A stretch of 64,000 nucleotides of DNA from Verrucomicrobiota bacterium (GCA_018969605.1 JAGWXY010000003.1:66-64065), one strand, 5' to 3'. Positions 9,231 through 18,545 are shown, numbered from the stretch's first letter. Notes: a model not told the origin generated them from the letters alone. Translations and numbers: made by a program.

Positions 9231-9515
9231 TCAGTCGACGAGGTTGTCGATGCGCTGAGCCAACTCAATGTCGAGTTGGGTCACGCCACCTGCATCATGG
9301 CTCGTAAGGAGCAAACTCACCCGGGTGTGACGGATGATGATGTCAGGATGATGCTGCGCCTCCTCCGCGATCTCCGCGAGGTCGTTTACAAAATCAATCG
9401 CATCATTGAATTCCTCAAACTCAATGGTTCGAGTGATGGCTTTCTTTTCAAGTTCCCACTCGGGACATTTCTTGAGGGCGATCGACAGTTCTTCGTCTTC
9501 TAGCAGTTCTGACAT
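9231..9515 (-). CDS. phhB: 4a-hydroxytetrahydrobiopterin (pterin-4-alpha-carbinolamine) dehydratase
   Basis: Start taken at 'MSELLEDEE'. 'EEAQHHPDIIIRHTRVSLLLTSHDAGGVT' is the PCD/DCoH signature. Confidence 0.85.
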   Translation of the reverse strand: MSELLEDEELSIALKKCPEWELEKKAITRTIEFEEFNDAIDFVNDLAEIAEEAQHHPDIIIRHTRVSLLLTSHDAGGVTQLDIELAQRIDNLVD

Positions 9516-9720
9516 GTGTGAATGAAGGAAAGAGTTTCCGCGCAGAGATTGCGTTCGCCCCTTCACGGTTGGCAAGCCGTTTCAACGCAAAATTTCACAC
9601 GAATTTTTCGCGCGGAAAATAAGGCAAAACGCCTTACATTTGGACGTGGAAAAAATCCCCGACTGATTGGCTTGCAATTCAGCGATCAAATGACAGCCTA
9701 GTAACGAATCCATCCAAACC

Positions 9721-10395
9721 ATGAATCGAAAACACATCTACAGCCTCGCTGCCGCTATCGTTGCCGCCATGCTCATGCCATCCTGCACCAGCTCGGGCGG
9801 CGGCGGCCTCGCCGCCTACCACGCCTACGACCGCCCGGCGAAACTTCCGAAAAATCCAAACAATGTCGGCGTGAAGGTTTCGCTCAGCAAACAACGCGCT
9901 TATGTGATGGAAGGCTCCGATTGTCTTCTCGCCATGCCTGTCTCCGTCGGCACTGCTGCCAAACCCACTCCCAAAGGCAACTTCCGCATCTTCAACAAGG
10001 TGGAAAAGAAACGCGCCAACTCGCACGGCTACGCGCACAACGGCAGCAACATCAAGCAAACCATGCTGAGCAAAAAACCCGCCGGCTGGTCGTTCAAAGG
10101 CACTCCATTGCCCTACTGGTGCGAATTCAAACCCAACTACGGATTTCATACCGGATGGATCAAACACCATCCCTGCACCCATGGCTGCATCCGCATGCAT
10201 GAAAACCTTTCGCCAAAATTCTTTCGCCTCGTGAAAGTGGGCACACCGGTCAATATCGCCTACTCACAACCCGAAGACGCCACCCACGGCAACATCCCAC
10301 TGCCACCCGACTCCGGCCCGCTGCCGGACTACGCCGGATCGATGTATGTCGGCGACGGATACTTCACCCGCCACAAAACGCCGACCTTCCAATAA
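9721..10395 (+). CDS. L,D-transpeptidase family lipoprotein
   Basis: Lipobox 'AAMLMPSC'. YkuD catalytic motif 'YGFHTGWIKHHPCTHGCIRMH'. Confidence 0.85.
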   Translation: MNRKHIYSLAAAIVAAMLMPSCTSSGGGGLAAYHAYDRPAKLPKNPNNVGVKVSLSKQRAYVMEGSDCLLAMPVSVGTAAKPTPKGNFRIFNKVEKKRANSHGYAHNGSNIKQTMLSKKPAGWSFKGTPLPYWCEFKPNYGFHTGWIKHHPCTHGCIRMHENLSPKFFRLVKVGTPVNIAYSQPEDATHGNIPLPPDSGPLPDYAGSMYVGDGYFTRHKTPTFQ

Positions 10396-10407
10396 AACAA
10401 TTCACGC

Positions 10408-10758
10408 TCACAAGGCCCTGCCATTCGGCAGGGCCTTTTTTTTGCCCTCGTCCAGCGACTTGGCCGCCAACACATACTCAAGCAACAAGGCCTCATCCGC
10501 ATGCGCAAGCCCCGCATTCCAACACATTCCAGGCATCACCAGACGCCAGTCGGCCACCTTCAAGTCCTCCGGCTTCACCAACTCATGACACTGCCCACAC
10601 TGGGTAAGGTAAATGCCATGCCCCCGCTGCAATCGCTCAACTGGCACACCGCTGATTTTTGACATGTCTCCATACGGAACCACCGATCTTGGACCCAATG
10701 AAACACATGCCGAAATCAGCACAGCCACCGACAATACCAGAATTTGATGCGCCCGCAT
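10408..10758 (-). CDS. c-type cytochrome-like lipoprotein
   Basis: Start taken at 'MRAHQILVLSVAVLISAC' (lipobox). Single haem-binding motif 'CGQCH' with a downstream 'PGM' as candidate axial Met. Confidence 0.6.
   Translation of the reverse strand: MRAHQILVLSVAVLISACVSLGPRSVVPYGDMSKISGVPVERLQRGHGIYLTQCGQCHELVKPEDLKVADWRLVMPGMCWNAGLAHADEALLLEYVLAAKSLDEGKKKALPNGRAL
10412..10443 (+). terminator. Rho-independent terminator after the L,D-transpeptidase gene
   Basis: Perfect 11-bp stem AAGGCCCTGCC / GGCAGGGCCTT, loop ATTC, then a run of T. It overlaps the last codons of the convergent cytochrome-c-like ORF. Confidence 0.8.
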
Positions 10759-10802
10759 GGTAATCAGTATAAATGAAAATTTCCGAATGCCCAATACCCG
10801 AA

Positions 10803-12485
10803 TCACCATGCTTTTGCGACTCCAAAATGGATCATGGCATTGCCGTCCTCCGATTCCGGGTAGTCCAAAGGAAGAGCGACATCAAACCTCGCTGAGGTAT
10901 TGCCGTCGAGCTGCCATCTGAATCCAATGCCGCCGGATAACAACTGACCCTCATCACTTACCTGATCACGACTCAGTGAGGCACCATCAATGAATGTCAA
11001 AGCGAGAATCTTACCCATGTCAAAAAAACGATAAGGCCGCGTCTGCAATTCGATCCCTCCCACCAGTCCTTTTGATCCATATCCAACGGACTCATCAAAA
11101 CCTCGCACTAGGTTGTATCCCCCAGCGTGAATTTGATCCGATGCGAGCAGATCACTTTCGGTCCATTGCGCCTGCAACCTGCCTGAGAGATTCAAATGCT
11201 TTCCAAGTTTCAAAGTCCTACGCAATTCCGTCTTGGCGATCAATGCCTCGGCGCCGGATCCGCCAAGCTCGATGAAATCCTCGTCACTCGATCCCAAAGC
11301 CCCATTACCGGGAGAGTAACTGAGGGAAAAATCCACACGCGTCATTCCAAAACGATCACTTCGCCGCCCCTTCCATCCGGTTTCGATTTGAAAAAACTGA
11401 ACTGCCGAATCGGAACCATCCGAGAAAAGGTAATTGTTGGTCCTCAATTCCGCACCAAACCGGCATTCGTGCAAAACCGAATGCCAGTGCCCAAGCGGAA
11501 TTCGATGCGTCACTCCAACCCGCGAAAACTTTCCACTTTGATCCAAAGGACCGTCAGATTCTGCCTCGGATTGACTGTAACCGGATGATATCTCAGTGAT
11601 CTGCCTGATCATCCACGGTATCTCATAAACAAAACTAACAGCTTGGAGCCTGCCGCTCTCCAAAGCCGTGGTGTACTGACCGGTTAACCTGTGATCCAAT
11701 TTCCAAAGATCACCATATTGATAAAGCAGGTAGGCCCGCTCATCACCCAGCGAATCGCCGAGCTGATTGTCCACTCCCGCATACAATTTCCACGGTTTTG
11801 GGGAACGAACTCGCAGCAAGAGATCCACAAGGTCATCAACCTCGCCTTCAACCATCGAAATGCTTGCATTTCTGAGTGGGTTCTCATTGATCCACTCGAC
11901 GTCTTCTATGATGCGCGATTTGTCGATGGGGGCACCTTTTTGAGCACGCATACCCCTTGCAACGAACTTATTCCCGAATGAGGACTCCGTCATCATTACC
12001 TTTCCGTAGCGAGCAGGAGCCAGTCGCACCGCAAGAATGCCTGAAGTGATTTCCTGGGGAGGAAATATCGCTTTCAACATTTCTCCGCTGGCGGGTTGGG
12101 CGGCCGACTCGATCTTTTTTCTCAAAAATTCCAATGACTCGAGCGAAACAGGCTCGCCCAAAAAACCTGGTACGATCCGATTGATCGCGCTTTTGGTGCG
12201 TTCATCAAAACCATCGATCAACAGCCCACGGGGATTTTTCGCCTGCAAAGCCAATGCCGATTGGGCCGATTTCGAAATCACAACCCCTTTCAAAGCTGGC
12301 AGAATGGCTTCTTTTCGGTTTGCAACTTTTCGACCGTCTTCTGCAGTGTCAACCGAACTTTCTACGGCATGATCCTTCAGACCGCGGATCTCAGTTCGAG
12401 TGACATCATCGGCACTCAGTCCATACATCGGCAGTGCCAGAACGACCGAAAAAACAAACCATAAAATCAGCAATTTTTTTGGCAT
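10803..12485 (-). CDS. ShlB/FhaC/HecB-family outer-membrane two-partner-secretion transporter (TpsB)
   Basis: 560-aa ORF with signal peptide, POTRA-like N-terminal part and beta-barrel. 'LRVRSPKPWKLYAGVDNQLGDSLGDERAYLLYQYGDLWKLDHRLTGQYTTA' is typical of haemolysin activation/secretion proteins. Lower GC than its surroundings. Confidence 0.8.
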   Translation of the reverse strand: MPKKLLILWFVFSVVLALPMYGLSADDVTRTEIRGLKDHAVESSVDTAEDGRKVANRKEAILPALKGVVISKSAQSALALQAKNPRGLLIDGFDERTKSAINRIVPGFLGEPVSLESLEFLRKKIESAAQPASGEMLKAIFPPQEITSGILAVRLAPARYGKVMMTESSFGNKFVARGMRAQKGAPIDKSRIIEDVEWINENPLRNASISMVEGEVDDLVDLLLRVRSPKPWKLYAGVDNQLGDSLGDERAYLLYQYGDLWKLDHRLTGQYTTALESGRLQAVSFVYEIPWMIRQITEISSGYSQSEAESDGPLDQSGKFSRVGVTHRIPLGHWHSVLHECRFGAELRTNNYLFSDGSDSAVQFFQIETGWKGRRSDRFGMTRVDFSLSYSPGNGALGSSDEDFIELGGSGAEALIAKTELRRTLKLGKHLNLSGRLQAQWTESDLLASDQIHAGGYNLVRGFDESVGYGSKGLVGGIELQTRPYRFFDMGKILALTFIDGASLSRDQVSDEGQLLSGGIGFRWQLDGNTSARFDVALPLDYPESEDGNAMIHFGVAKAW

Positions 12486-12515
12486 AAGAAAAAGGCCACC
12501 ATGTGACGGCGGCCT
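12486..12515 (-). terminator. hairpin plus U-run between the repeat-protein gene and tpsB (terminator or attenuator)
   Basis: On the minus strand: AGGCCGCC-GTCACAT-GGTGGCCT (7 of 8 bp paired) followed by TTTTTCTT, ending directly at the tpsB ATG. Confidence 0.5.
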
Positions 12516-12549
12516 GAATGTTTCGTATCAAGAATCCATCTTTTGCAGC

Positions 12550-13326
12550 TCATCGCAGAAAAACTCGACCACCTTTCAACACTGCTGATTTCGCACTGCC
12601 TGAAGCATCAGCGGTGTCATTGTCATCCGCAACATTGAGATCCTTGCTTTTCTGGAGTTTGCCTGAAGCGGAAATCGCCTTGTCGTCCTCAACAGGACTC
12701 TCAGCATTGATGACTGCCACTTCTTCGACGGCATTAACGATTGCCAGCTCATTTTTTATCAGCTTGCCACCGACAACCACTGCTTCCCCGGGAGATGAGG
12801 AGGTGTCAGCAAAACTCATTTTGTCGTTCCGTGAAAAAGTAACAATTCCGGAAGAGTAAGCAAGCTCGGGACTAGGGGTGCCGGTCGAAGCAACAGACCT
12901 TTCATTTTCCGCAATCCTGCCACCAGTGACAGCCACTTCGCCGTCAAATGAACTTTCGCCAGTCGGTACCAGACCATCACACGAGAAGGCCACGGCATCC
13001 TTGGAATCATCCGAGTCACCTGCCTGTACGCCAGCGTCTTCGACGATCTCGCCGCCAGTGACAACTGTCTCGCCATCAAACGAACTCTCACCCGACAGAA
13101 CCAGCGGGCATACGCAAGGATCTGTTCCCACACTGGAAAATTCCGAATTTGCCTCCACAAGCGGATCGCCATCGACAACGGCATCACCCTCGATCACAGC
13201 TTCACCATCGAATGATTGAGAGCCAGACAAGATAAGGCTGCCAGTCGTCAGAGTGCCGTCACCAAAAACCGCTGTTGCGCCTGCAAGAAACGCAGCAGTC
13301 AAGAGGCATAAGTGTTTGTTTGACAT
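12550..13326 (-). CDS. small secreted repeat protein (PATR-like beta-strand repeats), candidate TpsB cargo
   Basis: 258 aa with signal peptide 'MSNKHLCLLTAAFLAGATAVFG'. Three to four repeats: 'LSGSQSFDGEAVIEGDAVVDG', 'LSGESSFDGETVVTGGEIVED', 'PTGESSFDGEVAVTGGRIAEN', 'SSPGEAVVVGGKLIKNE'. Acidic. Confidence 0.6.
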   Translation of the reverse strand: MSNKHLCLLTAAFLAGATAVFGDGTLTTGSLILSGSQSFDGEAVIEGDAVVDGDPLVEANSEFSSVGTDPCVCPLVLSGESSFDGETVVTGGEIVEDAGVQAGDSDDSKDAVAFSCDGLVPTGESSFDGEVAVTGGRIAENERSVASTGTPSPELAYSSGIVTFSRNDKMSFADTSSSPGEAVVVGGKLIKNELAIVNAVEEVAVINAESPVEDDKAISASGKLQKSKDLNVADDNDTADASGSAKSAVLKGGRVFLR

Positions 13327-13452
13327 AACAACAACATTTTAGGCTGTGCGGGCAGCTGGGCAAAGTAAAAAACCACCTGATTTCCATTTTTCGCCGAATT
13401 CGGGGGTTGCCAGTCATTTGCCCACCTGTGTATGGTTTTTTGAGCTGAATCC

Positions 13453-14292
13453 ATGGTGAAATTCCTCATATCGCACTGGCGTGATGGCGTTGAAATTCTT
13501 CTCCTCGCGGCATGCATCTATCAGATTTACCGGACCTTCCGGGCCACACGCGGCGCCCAAATTCTGGTGGGGCTAATCATGATTCTGGTTTTCCTCACGC
13601 TGGTTTCGGCCCTCTTCAAATTCGAGGTGATTCAGTGGATCATCACCCGCGCGGCTGCCGTGCTGGCTTTTGCGCTGATCGTGATTTTCCAGCCGGAACT
13701 TCGCAATGGCCTTGCCCGCCTCGGCAGCAACCGCCTGTTCTCATTCTATAGCAAACGCCAACTCGATTTCCTCGAGCGCTTCGCCGACGCAGTCATCCAC
13801 CTCTCCAAAAAACGCATTGGCGCGCTCTTCGCGATCCAGCGTGACATCAGCCTCAAGGAGCAACTCGACACCGGCGTGATGCTCGACGCGCGATTCTCGC
13901 CCGAGCTTGCCATGGCGGTCTTTCACCCGAAAGCCCCGCTCCACGATGGCGGCATGATCATAGCCGACGACCGCATCGCCGGAGCCGCGTGCGTGTTCCC
14001 GGTCACCGAGCGCGAAATGCAGGATCGCTCAACCGGCCTGCGCCACCGTGCAGCCATCGGCCTTACCGAACGTACCGACGCCGTTGCGATCGTGGTCAGC
14101 GAAGAAACCGGGGGCATCTCGATCTGTGAAAATGGTGTCCTCATGCGCAATCTCAGCGATAAGATCTTCCGTGAAAAACTCGCCGAAATCTTCTTCTCCA
14201 GCACTCCCTCCCATGAAACTGAACCTGGCCAACAACTGGATCGCAAAGATCCTCTCGCTGCTTCTGGCGATCGCGATCTGGTTTCTCGTTAA
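13453..14292 (+). CDS. cdaA: diadenylate cyclase CdaA (c-di-AMP synthase)
   Basis: Three N-terminal TM helices. DAC-domain motifs 'LHDGGMII' and 'TGLRHRAAIG...AIVVSEETGGIS'. Confidence 0.9.
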   Translation: MVKFLISHWRDGVEILLLAACIYQIYRTFRATRGAQILVGLIMILVFLTLVSALFKFEVIQWIITRAAAVLAFALIVIFQPELRNGLARLGSNRLFSFYSKRQLDFLERFADAVIHLSKKRIGALFAIQRDISLKEQLDTGVMLDARFSPELAMAVFHPKAPLHDGGMIIADDRIAGAACVFPVTEREMQDRSTGLRHRAAIGLTERTDAVAIVVSEETGGISICENGVLMRNLSDKIFREKLAEIFFSSTPSHETEPGQQLDRKDPLAASGDRDLVSR

Positions 14293-14362
14293 GTACGACC
14301 TCGCCGGTGGCGGTCGACTCTTCGAAAAACCCCCGCGCGCCCTCGTCGTCCCGGAAAATTGA
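14213..14362 (+). CDS. possible short membrane ORF resembling the N-terminal anchor of YbbR/CdaR
   Basis: 49 codons, 'MKLNLANNWIAKILSLLLAIAIWFLVKYDL...'. It overlaps the cdaA 3' end in another frame. Only the anchor-like segment is present. Confidence 0.3.
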   Translation: MKLNLANNWIAKILSLLLAIAIWFLVKYDLAGGGRLFEKPPRALVVPEN

Positions 14363-14403
14363 TCCGGGATGGACATCCGCCATGCATGTTTCATGCTCCG
14401 ACC

Positions 14404-15492
14404 ATGCCGACCGTCCATGTCGATCTCGCCGAACGTTCCTACGACATCCATGTCGCCAAGGGTTCCGTTCGTGATGTCGGAAATCTGATCAGGCTCGCCG
14501 GACTCGCCGGCCGCCGCGCGGCGCTCATCACCGATGATTCGGTCGCAAAACTTCACGCGTCGCCACTGGTCGCCGCGCTCGATGGCGCTAACATTTCCCA
14601 CTCATTCCACACGGTTCCCGCAGGCGAAAGTTCGAAGTCGATGCTGGCGACCGAAGAACTCTGTCGCGAAATGATTCGTGCCGGCCATGACCGCAAATCA
14701 TTCGTCATCGCACTCGGCGGCGGCGTGATCGGCGATCTCGCAGGCTTCGTCTCATCGATCTTTTTTCGAGGGCTTCCTTTCATCCAGATTCCCACCACGA
14801 TCGTCTCACAAGTCGATTCATCGGTCGGCGGCAAAACCGGCGTCAATGTCGCCGAAGGTAAAAACCTTCTCGGCTGCTTTCACCAACCGCGCATGGTGAT
14901 CATCGATCCAGACACGCTGGCCACACTTCCCGATCGTGAGTTTCACCAAGGCTTCGCCGAAATGATCAAACACGGCGCGATTCGCGACGCGACGATGCTC
15001 GATGAGCTTGCCGCCCTCGATCCACAAAGTCGCGACATCCCTGCCGATCTCATCGCACGAAATGTCGCCATCAAAGCACGCATTGTCGAAAGCGACGAAC
15101 ACGAAACCATCGGCACCCGCGCGCTGCTCAACTTCGGCCACACGATCGGCCACGGCATCGAAGCTGCAGTCCCCTACGGCTCGCTGCTTCATGGCGAAGC
15201 AATTTCCCTCGGCATCCGCGCGGCCTTGCTGATTTCTCAACGCCATGCGGGACTCAGCACCGACGCCTCCGCAAAAATCCTCAAGCTCCTGAAGCGCTTC
15301 TCGCTCCCGCTGGTCCTGCCCGACTCGATCGCCACCGATACGGTCATGGAAAAATTGTTACATGACAAAAAGTTCTCCGCCGGCAGCATCCGCTTCGTGG
15401 TCCTCTCCGCGCTCGGCAGCGCCAAAGTGGTCGATACCGTCACGCTCACCGACCTGCGCGAGGCAATCGACCAGCTAAGGTCCGCTGTCTGA
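14404..15492 (+). CDS. aroB: 3-dehydroquinate synthase
   Basis: Start taken at 'MPTVHVDL'. 'GGGVIGDLAGFVSS', 'IQIPTTIVSQVDSSVGGKTGVN' and 'FGHTIGHGIE' are present. Confidence 0.9.
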   Translation: MPTVHVDLAERSYDIHVAKGSVRDVGNLIRLAGLAGRRAALITDDSVAKLHASPLVAALDGANISHSFHTVPAGESSKSMLATEELCREMIRAGHDRKSFVIALGGGVIGDLAGFVSSIFFRGLPFIQIPTTIVSQVDSSVGGKTGVNVAEGKNLLGCFHQPRMVIIDPDTLATLPDREFHQGFAEMIKHGAIRDATMLDELAALDPQSRDIPADLIARNVAIKARIVESDEHETIGTRALLNFGHTIGHGIEAAVPYGSLLHGEAISLGIRAALLISQRHAGLSTDASAKILKLLKRFSLPLVLPDSIATDTVMEKLLHDKKFSAGSIRFVVLSALGSAKVVDTVTLTDLREAIDQLRSAV

Positions 15493-15574
15493 TATCGCTC
15501 ATTTCACAAAAACCATGGCAAAAACACGGACTTTTTGGTAAATCATACCGACAACAAACGGAACAAGATCAAGT

Positions 15575-17722
15575 ATGCCGCTCATCGCAACCACCCTTCA
15601 CGAAGAACGCATTCCCGCACACGGGGTGCTGGTGGTACCCGGGCGTCTTGATTTCGACCAGTTGCTCGAGATCGAAAGCGTTTTTTCCAAACGACGGATC
15701 ACTTGGCTCATCGAGGAATCTGCTCATCAGGATCCTGCAATTCGCACCCATTTGGAAAAATCCAATTCCGGCGCGATGTTCAGCATCACCGATGCCGCAC
15801 CCGAGGCGGCCGGCAAGGAGCTCAAAACCTACCTCGATAACGGCGGCGTACTGATCCATGTACCGGGCACAGCCAACACCCGCAATGCCACACCCTGCCA
15901 CATCCCCTCGGCAGAACTGCGCGTGCTTTGCTCCTTCGGACTTCCCATCCTTCCAATCGCGATCGACTGCCCACACGAATCCGCACTCTCGATCGAAAAC
16001 ACCAACGGGCTGCCATCGGCAGTCATCGTCATCGGCGAAGAAATTCCCGCCGCATCGGTGAGCATCGCGAGCTATCGTCAAGCATTGCTTGCCGCGCACG
16101 AGGAAGCCTTCTCGCAACACAGCCTGCTCGATCAATCGCTTGCCATGGCATTGCTCGAAGGTTTGAAAAAACACGGCAAAGACGGTCGCATCATCGATGG
16201 TGCCGATGACTCGGAGCTGGGCTACGACAAGATCCTCGCCGCCGCTCTCGCATTCTCGCGCTTCATCCGCGAAGAAACCGATCAACTTCGCGTCGCGATC
16301 GTGCTCCCTCCCGGCAAGGCCGGCCTCATCGCCAATCTCGCAGTCATTTTCGCTGGAAAAATTCCGGTAAATTTCAACTTCACCGCCGGGCCCGATGCCG
16401 TACGCTCCGCGATCCGCCAGTCAGGCGTCGACCGCTTCATCACCGCCGACCCCTTCGTCCGCCGCGTGCCAAGCTTCCCATGGCCGCCCAACCGCGACCT
16501 GATCTTCATCGAACGCGCGATGCCGAGCCTTAAGAAAAAAATCATCCTCTGGGCCGTCATTTCAAAAATCCTGCCTGCATCGCTGATCGGCAAATTTCTC
16601 AAACTCAACACCCGTCGCGGCAATGACGAAGCCGTCCTGCTTTTCACATCAGGTTCCTCGGGCGAACCGAAAGGCGTCGCGCTCAGCCACCGCAATGTGT
16701 TGGCCAATGTCTCGCAGTTTGGCTCGCGACTCGATTTGCCAGGGCATTCGTCAATGCTCGGATGTCTTCCGCTTTTTCACTCGTTCGGCTCAACCGTCAC
16801 GCTTTGGTTTCCGGTCATCCAAGGCGTGAATCTCGTCACTTACCCCAGCCCGCTCGAAACGAAACGCCTCGCCGAACTCATCGCCATCCACCAAGTCGAT
16901 GTCCTGCTCTCGACGCCGACCTTCATGCGCGGCTTCATGAAGCGCGTCGATTCCGCACAACTGGCATCGCTGAAACTGGTTGTCACGGGTGCGGAAAAAC
17001 TTCCGCAATCACTGGCGGAAGCCTTTAGAGAAAAATTCGGCATCGCACCGCAAGAAGGTTACGGGCTCACCGAAACTTCTCCCGCCACAAATGTGAACCT
17101 GCCCGACCCGGCCGATCACGCGAATGCCATCACACTGCCTTCATCGCGCAACGGCACCGTTGGTCAACTGCTTCCCGGCATCGCCATCCGCATCACCGAT
17201 CCGACCACCGATGAACACCTGACCATCGACCAGCAGGGCATGATCTGGCTCAAAGGTGCCAACATCTTCCAAGGCTACTTGGGCAAACCCGAAAAATCCG
17301 CCGAGGTGTTGGTCGACGGCTGGTTCAAAACCGGCGATGTCGGCCGCGTCGATGATGAGGGATTCCTCCACATCGAAGGTCGCATTTCCCGCTTCTCGAA
17401 AATCGGCGGCGAAATGGTCCCCCACGAAACCATCGAAAGCGCCATCAACAAAGCTCTCGGACTCGATGCGGAATCGGAACGCCGCATCGCCGTCGTCGGC
17501 GTGCCCGATCCCCAAAAAGGCGAAGCCATCGTGCTGCTTTCCGCACTCGAAAACGCCACCATCGAGCGTGATTGCATCGACCTTCGTTACAAGCTGCTCG
17601 AGCAAGGCATCCCCTCGCTTTGGTGTCCCAAAACCATCATTGCCGTCCCTGAAATCCCCGTCCTCGCCTCCGGCAAACTCGACATCAAACGCTGCGAAAC
17701 CCTCGCCAAAAGCGCCCGATAA
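15575..17722 (+). CDS. AMP-forming acyl-CoA/acyl-ACP synthetase with N-terminal acyltransferase-like domain (Aas-like)
   Basis: 715 aa. Adenylation motifs 'LLFTSGSSGEPKGV', 'EGYGLTETSP', 'WFKTGDVGRVDDEGFLHIEGRISRFSKIGGEMV'. The N-terminal ~230 aa resemble a PlsC-type domain but I see no clean HX4D. Confidence 0.7.
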   Translation: MPLIATTLHEERIPAHGVLVVPGRLDFDQLLEIESVFSKRRITWLIEESAHQDPAIRTHLEKSNSGAMFSITDAAPEAAGKELKTYLDNGGVLIHVPGTANTRNATPCHIPSAELRVLCSFGLPILPIAIDCPHESALSIENTNGLPSAVIVIGEEIPAASVSIASYRQALLAAHEEAFSQHSLLDQSLAMALLEGLKKHGKDGRIIDGADDSELGYDKILAAALAFSRFIREETDQLRVAIVLPPGKAGLIANLAVIFAGKIPVNFNFTAGPDAVRSAIRQSGVDRFITADPFVRRVPSFPWPPNRDLIFIERAMPSLKKKIILWAVISKILPASLIGKFLKLNTRRGNDEAVLLFTSGSSGEPKGVALSHRNVLANVSQFGSRLDLPGHSSMLGCLPLFHSFGSTVTLWFPVIQGVNLVTYPSPLETKRLAELIAIHQVDVLLSTPTFMRGFMKRVDSAQLASLKLVVTGAEKLPQSLAEAFREKFGIAPQEGYGLTETSPATNVNLPDPADHANAITLPSSRNGTVGQLLPGIAIRITDPTTDEHLTIDQQGMIWLKGANIFQGYLGKPEKSAEVLVDGWFKTGDVGRVDDEGFLHIEGRISRFSKIGGEMVPHETIESAINKALGLDAESERRIAVVGVPDPQKGEAIVLLSALENATIERDCIDLRYKLLEQGIPSLWCPKTIIAVPEIPVLASGKLDIKRCETLAKSAR

Positions 17723-17741
17723 TTCCCCCATCATTTTCACC

Positions 17742-18545
17742 ATGTCCGATCGACTCGCCCGCACCTTCCAATCCCTTCGCGAAAAAAATCAAAAAGCCTT
17801 CGTCGCTTACATCGCCGCCGGTGATCCGAATTTCGATGCATCGCTCGCAATCATGAAGTCACTCGCCGACACCGGTGCCGACATCATCGAACTCGGCCTC
17901 CCCTTCTCCGATCCGCTTGCCGATGGCATCGTCAACCAAATGGCCGCCGAACGCGCCCTGAAATCGGGCATGACCACTGCACGCGTGCTCGACCTCATTC
18001 GTGAATTCCGCAAATCGCACGAGACGCCGATCGTTCTTTTCACCTATCTCAATCCGGTTTTCACCTACGGCTTCGATTCATTCCATCACGACGCAGCCGC
18101 GGCCGGTGCCGATGGCATCCTTCTGCTCGACCTTCCGCCCGATGAAGCCGCACGCAACAAGGACCTCACCGGCGGCAGCGGACTCAAGGCGATTCGCCTT
18201 ATTGCTCCGACCACTCCACCCGAGCGCATGGCCACCCTCGCGCAATCCGCCCAAGGCTTCATCTATGCACTCTCACGCACCGGCGTCACCGGCGCCCATG
18301 GTGGCCCCTCCGCCAACATCGCCTCCATGGTCGCTGCCATCAAACATCACACCGATGTGCCAGTCTGCGTCGGCTTCGGCATCAGCACACCCGATCAAGC
18401 CGCGATGGTGGCCTCGGCCGCCGATGGCGTGATCGTTGGATCGGCGATCGTGAAACAGGTCGAGCTCAACACGCAGGACCCGGTACGCGCCGTGGTGGAT
18501 TTCACCAAACCGCTCATCGATGCGGTGAAGTCGGTGAAAGCATGA
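17742..18545 (+). CDS. trpA: tryptophan synthase alpha chain
   Basis: Start taken at 'MSDRLARTF'. 'AYIAAGDPNF', 'ELGLPFSDPLADG' and 'GFGISTPDQA' are present. No trpB is adjacent. Confidence 0.9.
   Translation: MSDRLARTFQSLREKNQKAFVAYIAAGDPNFDASLAIMKSLADTGADIIELGLPFSDPLADGIVNQMAAERALKSGMTTARVLDLIREFRKSHETPIVLFTYLNPVFTYGFDSFHHDAAAAGADGILLLDLPPDEAARNKDLTGGSGLKAIRLIAPTTPPERMATLAQSAQGFIYALSRTGVTGAHGGPSANIASMVAAIKHHTDVPVCVGFGISTPDQAAMVASAADGVIVGSAIVKQVELNTQDPVRAVVDFTKPLIDAVKSVKA

Noticed and set aside
12518-13219. Two 113-aa plus-strand ORFs opposite the repeat-protein gene
   Set aside because: They are mirror images of the repetitive minus-strand gene (Ser/Pro/Thr-rich) with no signal peptide or start context. 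The minus-strand ORF has a signal peptide and operon logic with tpsB.
17256-17741. N-terminal extension of the trpA ORF (429-aa track entry)
   Set aside because: It overlaps the 3' end of the Aas-like gene in a different frame and is Pro/Ser/Lys-rich low complexity. The TrpA homology begins at the ATG at 17742.
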